Shown: piece after piece, positions 30,033 to 40,339 of the stretch
Numbering within the stretch: the first letter of the stretch is position 1
Layout: each line of letters begins with the position of its first letter
Origin: Thermosediminibacterales bacterium
Lineage (GTDB): Bacteria; Bacillota; Thermosediminibacteria; Koleobacterales; JARRCM01
Reading direction: 5' to 3'
DNA length: 64,000 nt
Assembly: GCA_029982205.1 (NCBI GenBank)
Contig: JARRCM010000006.1
Coordinates: forward strand, 9,438 to 73,437
Notes under the pieces: generated by a model
Told to the model about the DNA's origin: nothing
The model's database searches: none
What the model saw: the letters and a program-made list of their open reading frames with translations, nothing else
Position numbers and translations under genes: made by a program

Positions 30033-31805
30033 TTAATTTTGCATTTTCGGTAAAGTAAAACTAAAGATAGAACCCTTTCCGGGAGAACTCTCTGCTGAAA
30101 CCTCTCCGCCATGGACTTCTATGATGTTTTTTACTATTGCCAGTCCAAGCCCGGTGCCTCCTGTTTTCCTGGTTCTGGATTTGTCTACTTTGTGAAACCT
30201 TTGCCATATATTTTCTATATCTTCTTTAGGTATACCGATTCCTGTATCCTGAACACTAATTTTTATATACTGTTCCATCTCCTCAGAAAAAACAGTAACA
30301 GTTCCTTTTTCAGGAGTAAAATTAATCGCATTGGATATCAGATTTATTAATACCTGTTCTATCCGATCCTCATTTCCATAAGCTAAAGATAAATTATCGT
30401 TTATATTGTTAATAATTTTTATATTCCTATTATCTGCTAGAGCTTTCATTTTATCTATAACCCTTTTTGTGATTTCGGGAAGGCTGATAGGCTTCATTTC
30501 CCATTGAACTTTACCCGATTCCAAAAGGGCTAAATCCAATAAATCGGTAACCAATCGGTTAAGCCTCAAGGTCTCTTCATGAATCATGTTTAGATATTTT
30601 TCCTGACTTTCTTTTTCATCAATAAGACCATCGATCATGGCCTCTATAAAACCCTGAATAGAAGTCAGCGGCGTTCTCAACTCATGAGAAACGTTTGCCA
30701 CAAAATCTCTCCTCATTTGTTCCAGCTTCCTGATTGCAGTAATATCCTGTAAAACCGCCACAGCGCCCTGGAGGTCTTCTTCTCCGCTCTGTATCGGCGA
30801 CGCGTGAACCAAAAAAATCAACTTTTCATTATCTAAAACAATTTCGGTGCTGCTGGATTCTTTTTCAATTAAAACTTTATTTAAAACTTCAGCAAGCTTT
30901 TGGGGCTTTAAAACATTTTCAACAGACATGCCGTTATAGTTGATTTCTTTAAGGCCCAAATGCTCTTCCGCCTGGGCATTGGCTAAAATCAATCCCCCAT
31001 TTTTGTCTATAGCTATTACCCCTTCAGCCATATTTTCAACGATTTTTTCTATTTTACTTTTTTCAGTAGATAAGGCCGTTATGGTTTTGCTTAAAGTTTC
31101 AGTCAGGGTGTTAAAACTCTGGGCCAACTGGCCTACTTCATCCTGTGATGTTACTTCTATCCTATGATTAAAATCGCCTCTTGCCATTTGTAATGATGCT
31201 CTGCTCATTTGTTTTAATGGTTTGGAAATGGATTTTGATAAAAAAATACCAATTACCGCTGAAAGTATCACACCTCCCAAAGCTGCATAAACAATCATCT
31301 GCCGCACATTAAATATCACAGCTGTTGCACCTTCAATAGGGGCTCTAAGCAGCAAGCCGCCGATTATTTTGTTATTCATTTTAATAGGGACAGCTACAGC
31401 TATCATTGCCTGGTTAAACAGGGGGTGAAACCCTATGCTTGTGACTGTTTCACCTTTTAAGACCCTTGCAGTTTCCTCTGTATTCAGCTTGAGCCCTCTT
31501 GGAAGCCTCTTCCCGGCAGTAGATGCAACTATTCTGCCTTCAGTATTTATTACGAACAACCTTGAATCTAAAAAGTTGTCTAAAGTTTTAAGCAATATTT
31601 CGGCTGTTTCATCTGGAAGACGATTCTGGGTGTTTTGAACAAGAATACGGGCTATTTCCTTTCCTTCTCTGATAAGTTCGTTTTGTTTTGAATTAAAATA
31701 ATAGTTCTGGAAAAGATGTGACAACAGTATACCCATAGATAAAAGTGTTATAACTATAATTCCCAGGTATGACACAAATAACCTGCTGAAAAGGTTTTTA
31801 AACAT
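30033..31805 (-). CDS. Sensor histidine kinase (2 TM, extracytoplasmic domain, HAMP-PAS-HisKA-HATPase_c)
   Basis: 590 aa. H-box SHELRTPLTSI, N-box LISNAINFT and G-boxes DTGIGI / GGTGLGL. An extracytoplasmic loop of about 150 aa lies between two TM helices. Confidence 0.92.
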   Translation of the reverse strand: MFKNLFSRLFVSYLGIIVITLLSMGILLSHLFQNYYFNSKQNELIREGKEIARILVQNTQNRLPDETAEILLKTLDNFLDSRLFVINTEGRIVASTAGKRLPRGLKLNTEETARVLKGETVTSIGFHPLFNQAMIAVAVPIKMNNKIIGGLLLRAPIEGATAVIFNVRQMIVYAALGGVILSAVIGIFLSKSISKPLKQMSRASLQMARGDFNHRIEVTSQDEVGQLAQSFNTLTETLSKTITALSTEKSKIEKIVENMAEGVIAIDKNGGLILANAQAEEHLGLKEINYNGMSVENVLKPQKLAEVLNKVLIEKESSSTEIVLDNEKLIFLVHASPIQSGEEDLQGAVAVLQDITAIRKLEQMRRDFVANVSHELRTPLTSIQGFIEAMIDGLIDEKESQEKYLNMIHEETLRLNRLVTDLLDLALLESGKVQWEMKPISLPEITKRVIDKMKALADNRNIKIINNINDNLSLAYGNEDRIEQVLINLISNAINFTPEKGTVTVFSEEMEQYIKISVQDTGIGIPKEDIENIWQRFHKVDKSRTRKTGGTGLGLAIVKNIIEVHGGEVSAESSPGKGSIFSFTLPKMQN

Positions 31806-32488
31806 TACTTATCCACCTCAAATTTATAGCCCACTCCCCATACTGTTTTGATAAACTGGTTGCCATCTTTTTCTAACTTCATTCTCAATCTTTTTACATG
31901 TGTGTCAACAGTTCTCGGGTCGCCCAGATATACATAACCCCATACATTTTCTAACAGCTGTTCCCTGCTGTAAACCCTGCCGGGGTTTTTTGCCAAAAAC
32001 CAAAGCAGTTCAAATTCTTTAGGCGACAGCTTTATTTCTTTGCCCCCTACTGTCACCTTGCGAAAATCATAGTCTATATTTAAGCCATCATAAGAAAGGG
32101 ACTTAGAATCAGAAACAGAGCTGTCAAGCCTTCTTAAAATTGCTTTTACTCTTGCCACAAGTTCTCTCGGGCTAAAAGGTTTACATACATAATCATCGGC
32201 GCCCATCTCAAGCCCTAATACACGGTCTATCTCTTCTCCCTTTGCCGTCAGCAGAATGATTGGAATGGAATAATTCTTGCGAATTTCCTGACAAACCTTC
32301 AATCCATCAATCTTTGGCAGCATAATGTCCAGAATTATCAACTTAGGGCTTATTTCTTTTACCTTTTTTAAAGCTTCTTCTCCGTTGTTTGCAGTAAATA
32401 CCTTAAAACCATTTTTTTCAAGGTATAACCTGACAAGTTCAAGTATTTTCTCCTCATCATCAACTACTAAAATAGCAGGTTTATCCAT
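31805..32488 (-). CDS. OmpR/PhoB-family response regulator
   Basis: 227 aa. Receiver domain with DD..., the phospho-acceptor D in ILDIMLP and the conserved K. C-terminal winged helix (TVDTHVKRLRMKL...GVGYKF). Its stop overlaps the kinase start (TAATG). Confidence 0.93.
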   Translation of the reverse strand: MDKPAILVVDDEEKILELVRLYLEKNGFKVFTANNGEEALKKVKEISPKLIILDIMLPKIDGLKVCQEIRKNYSIPIILLTAKGEEIDRVLGLEMGADDYVCKPFSPRELVARVKAILRRLDSSVSDSKSLSYDGLNIDYDFRKVTVGGKEIKLSPKEFELLWFLAKNPGRVYSREQLLENVWGYVYLGDPRTVDTHVKRLRMKLEKDGNQFIKTVWGVGYKFEVDK

Positions 32489-32582
32489 AAAAGCTTTCCT
32501 CCCGATAACAGGTTGTCTTCTTGATTAAATATATTATTTCATTATCTTCAAATCTTTTCAACTAATCCTGGTTAAAAAACTC

Positions 32583-32618
32583 AAAAAAAATGAAGGAAGG
32601 TAGCTTTAACCTTCCCTC
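32583..32618 (-). terminator. Rho-independent terminator after the Spy/CpxP-like gene
   Basis: GAGGGAAGGU-uaaagcu-ACCUUCCUUC stem with one mismatch, followed by AUUUUUUUU. Confidence 0.7.
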
Positions 32619-32632
32619 AAACCCTACTTAAA

Positions 32633-33088
32633 TTAAAACCTGAAACCTCTTCCCCCGCAACCGAACCCGCCACGGCGGAACCCTTTGCCGAAACCGCGAG
32701 CAAACCCTGACTCAAGTTTTTCTAGCTGTTCTGTAGTTAAAATTGACTTCAGCTCAGTTCTGTGTTCTTCGGCTAGTTCTTTCATTTTTGTTCTAAGGTC
32801 TGTTAGCTGTTCTTTTAATTCTGAAATCTTGTCCTGATCAGGATTTTCCTGCAGATAAAGCTGCCTTAATTCAAACATTTTTTCTGCTATTTGTTCTCTC
32901 ATGTCCTGAGTTTCAGTAAAATGTTCCTTCTGAAGTTCTAACAGTTGCGCTCTTTGTTCTTCTGAAAGGTCTAAACTAACGTTCCATCTTTCACCTCCCA
33001 TAAAACCAGGGCCTGCCGCAGAAGCAAACTGTGCAATACCCAGCACCAGAAGTGAAACTACGGTTAACAAAATCACCTTTTTCCTCAT
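32633..33088 (-). CDS. Secreted Spy/CpxP/ZraP-like (LTXXQ-type) protein with a Gly/Arg/Phe-rich tail
   Basis: Signal peptide ...IAQFASA-AGP. LSEEQ and LTTEQ motifs sit in helical, E/K/Q-rich sequence. The C-terminus is GFGKGFRRGGFGCGGRGFRF. I moved the start to the second ATG (33088) because the upstream ATGGAGGTGA reads as its SD. Confidence 0.65.
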   Translation of the reverse strand: MRKKVILLTVVSLLVLGIAQFASAAGPGFMGGERWNVSLDLSEEQRAQLLELQKEHFTETQDMREQIAEKMFELRQLYLQENPDQDKISELKEQLTDLRTKMKELAEEHRTELKSILTTEQLEKLESGFARGFGKGFRRGGFGCGGRGFRF

Positions 33089-33208
33089 TTTCTTCACCTC
33101 CATTTTTATTTGATTTTATTTTATCCCACGTTTTTGACAAAACTGTGAACAAACTCTAAAGAAAATATGAATTATAACTCCATTAATTATAATCCCAAAA
33201 AAACACAT

Positions 33209-33238
33209 CAAAAAAATCCCAGGTTATACTGGGATTTT
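33209..33238 (-). terminator. Terminator after hfq
   Basis: 10-bp stem AAAAUCCCAG/CUGGGAUUUU with a 6-nt loop and a U-run on the minus strand. Confidence 0.7.
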
Positions 33239-33247
33239 CTTTTGAAG

Positions 33248-33508
33248 TTAATTAATTTCGGGTTCAGAATTTTTTTTGTGATCAAAATTGGTATAATTTA
33301 CGTTTCTAAAAGGGGTTATAGTAGATACTGCATGTTTATAAATCAAATGCTGTTTTCCATCTATATCCATGACTATTGTAAAATTATCAAAACCTTTGAC
33401 CACTCCCTTCAATTGAAATCCGTTTACTAGATATACAGTAACGGGAATATTTTCTTTACGCACCTGGTTTAAAAAACTGTCCTGTAAGTTGATTTGTTGT
33501 TTAGTCAT
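33248..33508 (-). CDS. hfq: RNA chaperone Hfq
   Basis: 86 aa. Sm1/Sm2 motifs: LQDSFLN..R...[22 protein letters not shown] and YKHAVSTI. Confidence 0.95.
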   Translation of the reverse strand: MTKQQINLQDSFLNQVRKENIPVTVYLVNGFQLKGVVKGFDNFTIVMDIDGKQHLIYKHAVSTITPFRNVNYTNFDHKKNSEPEIN

Positions 33509-33558
33509 CTTCTTATTTCCCCCCTTATCTAATTATTATAGTAATTCTAGGAAATCGA

Positions 33559-34494
33559 TTATTTTCCTGCAAATTTTAGATAATTTTCATATATAAAATC
33601 AACAGGGTTTAATTCATCAGTATTTATCCATATAATCCTTTTATCCTTCTTAAACCATGTAAATTGTCGTTTTGCAAATCTTCGGGTTTCACGTTTGATA
33701 AGATTGATTGCTTCATCAAGTGTTAACTTGCCTTCTAAATAATCTATTATTTGTTTATATCCAAGACCTTTCATGGAATTCATTTTTTTAGTAAAACCCA
33801 TATCCAGGAGGTTTTTCACTTCTTGTACCAATCCTTTTTCTATCATTTTATCGACTCGCTTATTTATCTTTTCATAAAGCTTTTTTCTAGGCGCCTCAAG
33901 CCCATAAATTATTAATTTGTATTTCGGTTTTCTTAGTTTTGTTTGCTCATAATAATATGAAATAGGTTTCCCCGTTTTTTCATAAACCTCTAATGCCCTT
34001 ATAATTCGTTTTGTGTCATTAGGATGAACTTTTTCCGCTGTTTTTGGGTCTATCTGTTTCAGCTTTTCATACATATACATTTTCCCATATTTTACAAACT
34101 GGTCTTTTAACTTGTTTCTTAATGGCCAGTCAACATCAGCTTCTGAAAAAAAGTAATTATCTGTTATTGATTTAATATACAGACCAGTTCCACCTGTAAG
34201 TATAGGCAATTTTCCAGTATGTAAAATTTCATCAATCTTTTCTTCAGCCATTTTTTTGTAATCTGCTACGCTAAACTCTTGATCAGGCTCTATTATATCT
34301 ATCATGTGATGTTTGATACCTTTCATTTCATCTCGAGTTGGCTTGGCCGTTCCTATATCCATATATTTATAAATCTGCATTGAATCGGCTGATACAATTT
34401 CCCCATTGAGACGTATAGCTACATCAATTGCTGTAGATGTCTTTCCCACGGCTGTAGGACCTACAATTACCATCAAATTTTTTTCTTCTTTCAT
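33559..34494 (-). CDS. miaA: tRNA dimethylallyltransferase
   Basis: 311 aa. P-loop GPTAVGKTS, DSMQIYK.MDIGTAKP and GGTGLY. Confidence 0.95.
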   Translation of the reverse strand: MKEEKNLMVIVGPTAVGKTSTAIDVAIRLNGEIVSADSMQIYKYMDIGTAKPTRDEMKGIKHHMIDIIEPDQEFSVADYKKMAEEKIDEILHTGKLPILTGGTGLYIKSITDNYFFSEADVDWPLRNKLKDQFVKYGKMYMYEKLKQIDPKTAEKVHPNDTKRIIRALEVYEKTGKPISYYYEQTKLRKPKYKLIIYGLEAPRKKLYEKINKRVDKMIEKGLVQEVKNLLDMGFTKKMNSMKGLGYKQIIDYLEGKLTLDEAINLIKRETRRFAKRQFTWFKKDKRIIWINTDELNPVDFIYENYLKFAGK

Positions 34495-34531
34495 ACCAAT
34501 TCCTCTTTTTTATAATCTTAGAGTTTGCAAA

Positions 34532-36328
34532 TTAAATCCTTTTGAATTTCTTCATTAATTCGTTTTGACTTATAGAAACAATTGTAGGTCTGCCATGGGG
34601 ACAGGTATAAGGGTTTCTGGTTTGTTTCAGCTGATCTAATAACTTTTTAATTTCTATTAAGTTTAATCTATCAGACGCTTTTATCGCAGCACGACAAGCT
34701 GTAACAGTGATGATTTTATTTTCAATTTTAGAATTTTTTATAGGAAATGAAACAATTCCATCTACTATGCTCAAAAAGTGTTTATCAACAAACTTTTTAT
34801 TGAAAAACGATGGAACTGACCTAATAAGTATAGTCTTTTCTCCAAAGTCTTCAATTTCATAACCTAACCTTTCAAAGATTTCAAGGTTTTGAATTACAAT
34901 GTTTTTTTCAAAGTATGTTAAGTTAACTGAAAAAGGTGTCAGTATCGTTTGTTTTATGGCTTTTCTTTTTTCATAATTTTCCAGTAAGGACTCATATATA
35001 ATCCTTTCGTGTGCTGCATGCTGATCAATAATAAAAAACTCATCTTTACTTTGAGCAAGAATATACGTATTAAACAATTGACTTAAGGGAACCATTTCCG
35101 GAAGTTTGTCTTGGGGTTTATATTTATAAGAAACTTTTTCTTCATTTAGTATTTTTTCCCTTTTTTTGTGTAAATATTCGTTTTTTTTAGTTTCAGTTGT
35201 TAAATTACCGCTTTGATTTGAATTTAATTCAGTTAAATATATCTGCTGCTGTTTTATATTATCTTCAGTTCTGGGCAAATCTTGTTTTGGTTTGGGTTCA
35301 GGGAATTCAAATCCCGGTATAAGCCGTTTGCTTAAAATGTGTTTTTGAACAGCCTCTTTTATGAAAACATAAACACCTTTTTCGTCATCAAATCTAACCT
35401 TTATTTTAGAAGGATGAACATTAACATCTACCCTGTCTAAATCAATGTTTAAATTCAAAACAAATACAGGATAACTGTTCCTGGGCAATAATGTTTTATA
35501 CCCTTCTTCCACAGCTTTTGAAAGCAAATAGTCTTTTATCATTCTTCCATTAACAAAAAAAGATTGATGTGTGCGGTTTCCTCTAAACAACTCAGGTTTT
35601 GAAATATAACCATACAGCCTGAAATCTGATGTTTCTTCTTCAATGTAAACCATAGATTTTGCTGCATCTAAACCATATACATTAATTATTGTATCAATCA
35701 ATTTTTCATTGCCGGGTGAGTCAATTATCACTTTGCCGTTATGAGTAAGCTTAAAATATTTTTCAGGATTCCCTAAAGTGAATTTGCTGACCAAATCACT
35801 TATATAGCTGAATTCAGTGGCAGCGGATTTTAAATGTTTTAATCTGGCTGGTGTATTAAAAAAAATATTAGACACTTCTATAGATGTCCCTCCAGGCCAT
35901 CCGATTTTAGATGTTTCAACTATTTTCCCTGCTTTTATATTCAAACAGGTTCCCAATTCTTCTTCATCGGTTTTTGTTTTTAAACAAACCATCGAAACCG
36001 CTGCTATGCTGGGAAGGGCTTCACCTCTAAATCCTAAAGTTTTAACCTTATACAGGTCTTCAAAATTGAATATTTTACTTGTGGCATGCCTTTCAAAAGC
36101 AAGCTGTGCATCTATAAAATTCATCCCAATACCATCATCAACAACTTTTATATACTTCTTGCCTCCATCAACAATTTCTATTGAAATACGAGAACTGCCA
36201 GCATCGATGGAATTTTCAATCAGTTCTTTGACCACCGATGCAGGCCTTTCTACAATTTCACCTGCAGCAATCTTATTTACAAGTTTTTCATCTAATACTC
36301 TAATTTTATTATTCATATGTTTTTTCAC
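34532..36328 (-). CDS. mutL: DNA mismatch repair protein MutL
   Basis: 598 aa. GHKL ATPase N-terminus (IAAGEIVERPASVVKELIENSIDAG). C-terminal endonuclease motif region (DQHAAHERI) and CPHGRP. Confidence 0.95.
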   Translation of the reverse strand: MKKHMNNKIRVLDEKLVNKIAAGEIVERPASVVKELIENSIDAGSSRISIEIVDGGKKYIKVVDDGIGMNFIDAQLAFERHATSKIFNFEDLYKVKTLGFRGEALPSIAAVSMVCLKTKTDEEELGTCLNIKAGKIVETSKIGWPGGTSIEVSNIFFNTPARLKHLKSAATEFSYISDLVSKFTLGNPEKYFKLTHNGKVIIDSPGNEKLIDTIINVYGLDAAKSMVYIEEETSDFRLYGYISKPELFRGNRTHQSFFVNGRMIKDYLLSKAVEEGYKTLLPRNSYPVFVLNLNIDLDRVDVNVHPSKIKVRFDDEKGVYVFIKEAVQKHILSKRLIPGFEFPEPKPKQDLPRTEDNIKQQQIYLTELNSNQSGNLTTETKKNEYLHKKREKILNEEKVSYKYKPQDKLPEMVPLSQLFNTYILAQSKDEFFIIDQHAAHERIIYESLLENYEKRKAIKQTILTPFSVNLTYFEKNIVIQNLEIFERLGYEIEDFGEKTILIRSVPSFFNKKFVDKHFLSIVDGIVSFPIKNSKIENKIITVTACRAAIKASDRLNLIEIKKLLDQLKQTRNPYTCPHGRPTIVSISQNELMKKFKRI

Positions 36329-38958
36329 TCCTGAACATTTTTCAAACGTTTCTGAAAAGAATATAGAAGATTTAAAGCCTCAATTGGAGTGATCGTAGAT
36401 ATGTCTATATTGTTTATTTCTTCTATTACCTTTTGAGATTCTAAATAAAAAAGGTTTATCTGGCTGTCCCTATCAACAAGGTTTTCTTTAACAGAACTTG
36501 TTTCTTTTCGGGCTTCAATTTCAATTCCCTCGATCTCCTTTAGAATTTGTTTTGCTCTTTCAATAACTTTTGGAGGAAGGCCTGCAAGACGGGCAACCTG
36601 TATTCCATAACTTTTGTCTGCTTCACCACGAACTATTTTTCTTAAAAAAATAATGTTATCGCCTTTTTCTTTTACAGATATTTTATAGTTTTTAATTCCG
36701 AAATATTTGTTTTCCAGTTCTGTTAATTCATGATAGTGAGTGGCAAAAAGTGTCTTTGCGCAAATGTTTTCATTTATAAACTCTATCACAGACCAAGCAA
36801 TACTCATTCCGTCAAATGTACTTGTGCCTCTCCCTACCTCATCAAGTATGATTAAACTTTTTGATGTTGCATTGTTTAAAATATTTGCGACTTCATTCAT
36901 TTCTACCATAAACGTGCTCTGGCCGGAAACAAGGTCATCAGATGCACCTACTCTTGTAAAAACACGGTCCACTATACCTATCACAGCTTCTTCTGCTGGT
37001 ATAAAACTACCTATTTGAGCCATTATTACATTCAAAGCCACTTGACGTATGTAAGTTGATTTTCCTGCCATATTAGGCCCTGTTATTATAGCCATTTGGC
37101 TTTCTTTATTGTTTAAAAAAACATCATTTGGAATAAATAAATCATTTTTTAGAACTTTTTCAACTACCGGATGGCGTGAATTCTTGATTTTTATTACATC
37201 ACTTTCATTCACAACAGGCTTTTTGTATTCATTGTAAACAGCAACTTCTGCTAAAGAAGTCAAAACATCTATTTGGGCAATTATTTTAGCGGTATTTTGT
37301 ATCCTCTGAGTTTGCTGGCTGATTTTTTCTCTTATTTCATTAAACAATTCATACTCCAATTGTTTTACTTTTTCTTCCGCCCCAAGAATCATGGATTCAT
37401 ATTCTTTTAGTTCAGGAGTAATAAATCTTTCAGAATTTACCAAAGTTTGTTTTCGAATGTATTCATCAGGCACTGATTCGAGGTTGGATTTAGTAATTTC
37501 TATATAATATCCAAAAACCTTATTAAAACCAACTTTTAAAGACTTAATGCCAGTCCTTTCCCTTTCTTTTGCTTCTAAAGAAGCGATCCAGTTCTTTCCC
37601 TCGGTTGAGGCAGAGCGCAGCTCATCAACTTTCGAGTTGTAACCTGGTTTGATGATTCCGCCATCTTTAACAGATACAGGGGGGTTTTCGATAATAGCTT
37701 CTTCAATAAGCTGATTCAAGTCTTCTAAAGTATCCAAATTATTCTTTGAGTCAACTAATATCTCACTGGTTGATTTGTTTAATGCAGCTTTTATTGCCGG
37801 CAAATGTTTTAAAGAATTTTTTAAAGCTATAAGGTCCCTTGGATTTACAGTGTTATAAATTATTTTGCTTAGAATCCTTTCTAGGTCATATATGTTTTTA
37901 AGGGAATTTTTGATTTCTTCTCTTAATACGGTGTCGTTTACTAAATTTTCAACAGCTTTTAATCTCAAATTTATTTTTTCCACACTTAATAACGGTTGTT
38001 CAATCCATTTTCGAAGCAACCTTCCTCCCATAGCCGTAACTGTTTTGTCTAGCACCCATAAAAGTGTTCCTTTTTTGGTGTCATCCGAATATTTTTTGGT
38101 TAGCTCTAAATTCCTTTTGGTTGCAAGGTCAATAACCATATAATCATTGCTGTTATATGTTGATAATGTTGAGAGGTTTTTTAATGATATCTTTTGAGTT
38201 TGTTCTAAATATTCAAGTAAAGCCCCTGCGGAAATAACTGCTTTTTTCTTGTTTTCACAGCCATATCCTTCTAAATTTAATGTATTAAAATGTTTGATCA
38301 GTTTGTTATAAGCATATGAGAAGTCAAAAATCCACTCTTCTAATGAATTTATCATTAAACCAAAACGTTCTTTAAGCTGTTGTATCAGTTTATCATTTTC
38401 TAGAATATTCTTGTTAACTATACATTCAACAGGATCAAAACCTGAAATTTCATCAAAAAGTTGATTGAATTCTGAATCTGTTTTAAACTCTGTTGTAAAA
38501 AAATCCCCTGTGGAGATGTCTACAGCTGATAAACCAAAACACAAACCATCTTTGTAAATAGAAATCAAAAAATTGTTCTTTTTTTCTTCTAATGCTTTTG
38601 TGTCTATTAATGTACCAGGAGTTACAATCCGCACAACATCACGTTTCACAATTCCTTTAGCCTGTTCTGGGTTTTCAAGCTGTTCACATATCGCTACTTT
38701 ATAACCTTTTTCTACCAGTTTTGATATGTAATGCTCAGCCGACTGATGTGGTACCCCTGCCATAGGAATATTATTCTTTGAATCTCTAGAAGTTAATGCG
38801 ATTTCTAATTCTTTAGATGCTATTTTAGCATCTTCATAAAACATTTCATAAAAGTCACCCATTCTAAAAAACAGTATAGCGTTTTTATATTGTTCTTTGA
38901 TCTTTTTGTACTGCTGCATCATGGGTGTGTCTTTTACCAAATCCTTCACCCCTTTCAT
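36325..38958 (-). CDS. mutS: DNA mismatch repair protein MutS
   Basis: 877 aa. TPMMQQY and GDFYE mismatch-binding motifs, Walker A GPNMAGKST and DEVGRGTST. Confidence 0.97.
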   Translation of the reverse strand: MKGVKDLVKDTPMMQQYKKIKEQYKNAILFFRMGDFYEMFYEDAKIASKELEIALTSRDSKNNIPMAGVPHQSAEHYISKLVEKGYKVAICEQLENPEQAKGIVKRDVVRIVTPGTLIDTKALEEKKNNFLISIYKDGLCFGLSAVDISTGDFFTTEFKTDSEFNQLFDEISGFDPVECIVNKNILENDKLIQQLKERFGLMINSLEEWIFDFSYAYNKLIKHFNTLNLEGYGCENKKKAVISAGALLEYLEQTQKISLKNLSTLSTYNSNDYMVIDLATKRNLELTKKYSDDTKKGTLLWVLDKTVTAMGGRLLRKWIEQPLLSVEKINLRLKAVENLVNDTVLREEIKNSLKNIYDLERILSKIIYNTVNPRDLIALKNSLKHLPAIKAALNKSTSEILVDSKNNLDTLEDLNQLIEEAIIENPPVSVKDGGIIKPGYNSKVDELRSASTEGKNWIASLEAKERERTGIKSLKVGFNKVFGYYIEITKSNLESVPDEYIRKQTLVNSERFITPELKEYESMILGAEEKVKQLEYELFNEIREKISQQTQRIQNTAKIIAQIDVLTSLAEVAVYNEYKKPVVNESDVIKIKNSRHPVVEKVLKNDLFIPNDVFLNNKESQMAIITGPNMAGKSTYIRQVALNVIMAQIGSFIPAEEAVIGIVDRVFTRVGASDDLVSGQSTFMVEMNEVANILNNATSKSLIILDEVGRGTSTFDGMSIAWSVIEFINENICAKTLFATHYHELTELENKYFGIKNYKISVKEKGDNIIFLRKIVRGEADKSYGIQVARLAGLPPKVIERAKQILKEIEGIEIEARKETSSVKENLVDRDSQINLFYLESQKVIEEINNIDISTITPIEALNLLYSFQKRLKNVQE

Positions 38959-38994
38959 AAAACAGCTAATATTAAAGTGTCGAAAAACTAAGAT

Positions 38995-40314
38995 TTAGTC
39001 TTGGTTAATTACACCATCTAATGTCCAGGTTTTAGGATTAGTTATTTTTACATTGACAAGGCGGCCAATTAATTCTTTGCTGCCATCAAAGTGTACCAAT
39101 TTGTTTGTTCTTGTCCTGCCGAAAAGTTTGCCTTTTTTTGATTTGTCATAACCCTCAACCAACACTTCAACTGTCTTTCCTTTTAAAAGCTGGTTTTTCT
39201 GTTTGCTAATTCTGTTTTGCAGGTCCATTAAACGTTCAAGCCGGTTTTTTTTGATTCTTTCATCAACCTGACAAGGCATGGTTGCCGCAGGAGTACCAGT
39301 TCTTTTTGAATATACAAATGTAAAAGCAGAATCAAATTCTACTTTCTCAACAAGGTCCAGTGTTTCCTGAAAATCTTCTTCGGTTTCTCCTGGAAAACCA
39401 ACTATTATATCAGTAGTTATACTGCATTCCGGGATCTCAGAACGTATTTTTTCCACTAATTCTATATAACGTTCTTTAGTGTAATGGCGGTTCATCATTT
39501 TAAGAACTTTATTGCTTCCAGCCTGAACTGGCAAATGTATATGCTCACATATTTTTTTGCATTCTTTAATCGTGAATATCAATGAATCAGAAAAATCTTT
39601 AGGATGAGATGTCATAAACCGTATTCTTTCTATCCCGTTTATTTTATTTAATTCTTTTAAAAGCCCCGAAAAGTCAATTTCTGTTTTTAGGTCTTTTCCA
39701 TAAGAGTTTACATTCTGTCCTAAAAGAGTAATTTCTTTATAACCTTTTTCTGCTAAACGTTCAACTTCTTTGATTATTTCTTTAGGCAAACGGCTTCTCT
39801 CTCTCCCTCTCACATACGGTACTATACAATATGAACAAAAGTTGTTGCATCCATAAATAATTGTAACCCATGCTTTCAAATTATCTGCTCTTGAAACAGG
39901 CAGGTTCTCTATTATTTTTTCTTCTTTTTCTAATACTTCTATGAAAGTTGTTTTTGATTGCACAGCTTTTTGCAGCAGTTCTGGAAAATTGTCCAAGTTA
40001 TATGTTCCAAAAACCAGATCCACGTATGGAAAATTTTTGGCTATCTTTTCAGCTACGCCTTTTTGCTGAGTCATACATCCGCAAACCGCAATAATCAGAT
40101 TCGGATTTTTATGTTTTAAATGTTTTAACTGACCGATCCGTCCAAACACTTTAATTTCAGCATTTTCTCTTACACAACAGGTGTTTAATATTATAATGTC
40201 AGCCTCGTTCAACTTTTCAGTACGGGTGTAATTCATTTCCTCTAACATTCCTGATAGCACTTCAGAATCATGTTCATTCATCTGACATCCCCATGTCAAA
40301 ATATGATACTTCAT
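38995..40314 (-). CDS. miaB: tRNA-i6A37 methylthiotransferase MiaB
   Basis: Radical-SAM [14 protein letters not shown]0004 N-domain TWGCQMN and a C-terminal TRAM domain. The ORF track start (40353) has no SD; the ATG at 40314 ([13 protein letters not shown]) has GAGAGG upstream. The start remains uncertain. Confidence 0.9.
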   Translation of the reverse strand: MKYHILTWGCQMNEHDSEVLSGMLEEMNYTRTEKLNEADIIILNTCCVRENAEIKVFGRIGQLKHLKHKNPNLIIAVCGCMTQQKGVAEKIAKNFPYVDLVFGTYNLDNFPELLQKAVQSKTTFIEVLEKEEKIIENLPVSRADNLKAWVTIIYGCNNFCSYCIVPYVRGRERSRLPKEIIKEVERLAEKGYKEITLLGQNVNSYGKDLKTEIDFSGLLKELNKINGIERIRFMTSHPKDFSDSLIFTIKECKKICEHIHLPVQAGSNKVLKMMNRHYTKERYIELVEKIRSEIPECSITTDIIVGFPGETEEDFQETLDLVEKVEFDSAFTFVYSKRTGTPAATMPCQVDERIKKNRLERLMDLQNRISKQKNQLLKGKTVEVLVEGYDKSKKGKLFGRTRTNKLVHFDGSKELIGRLVNVKITNPKTWTLDGVINQD

Positions 40315-40339
40315 ACTTTTTGAACCTCTCTTTTTTAAT

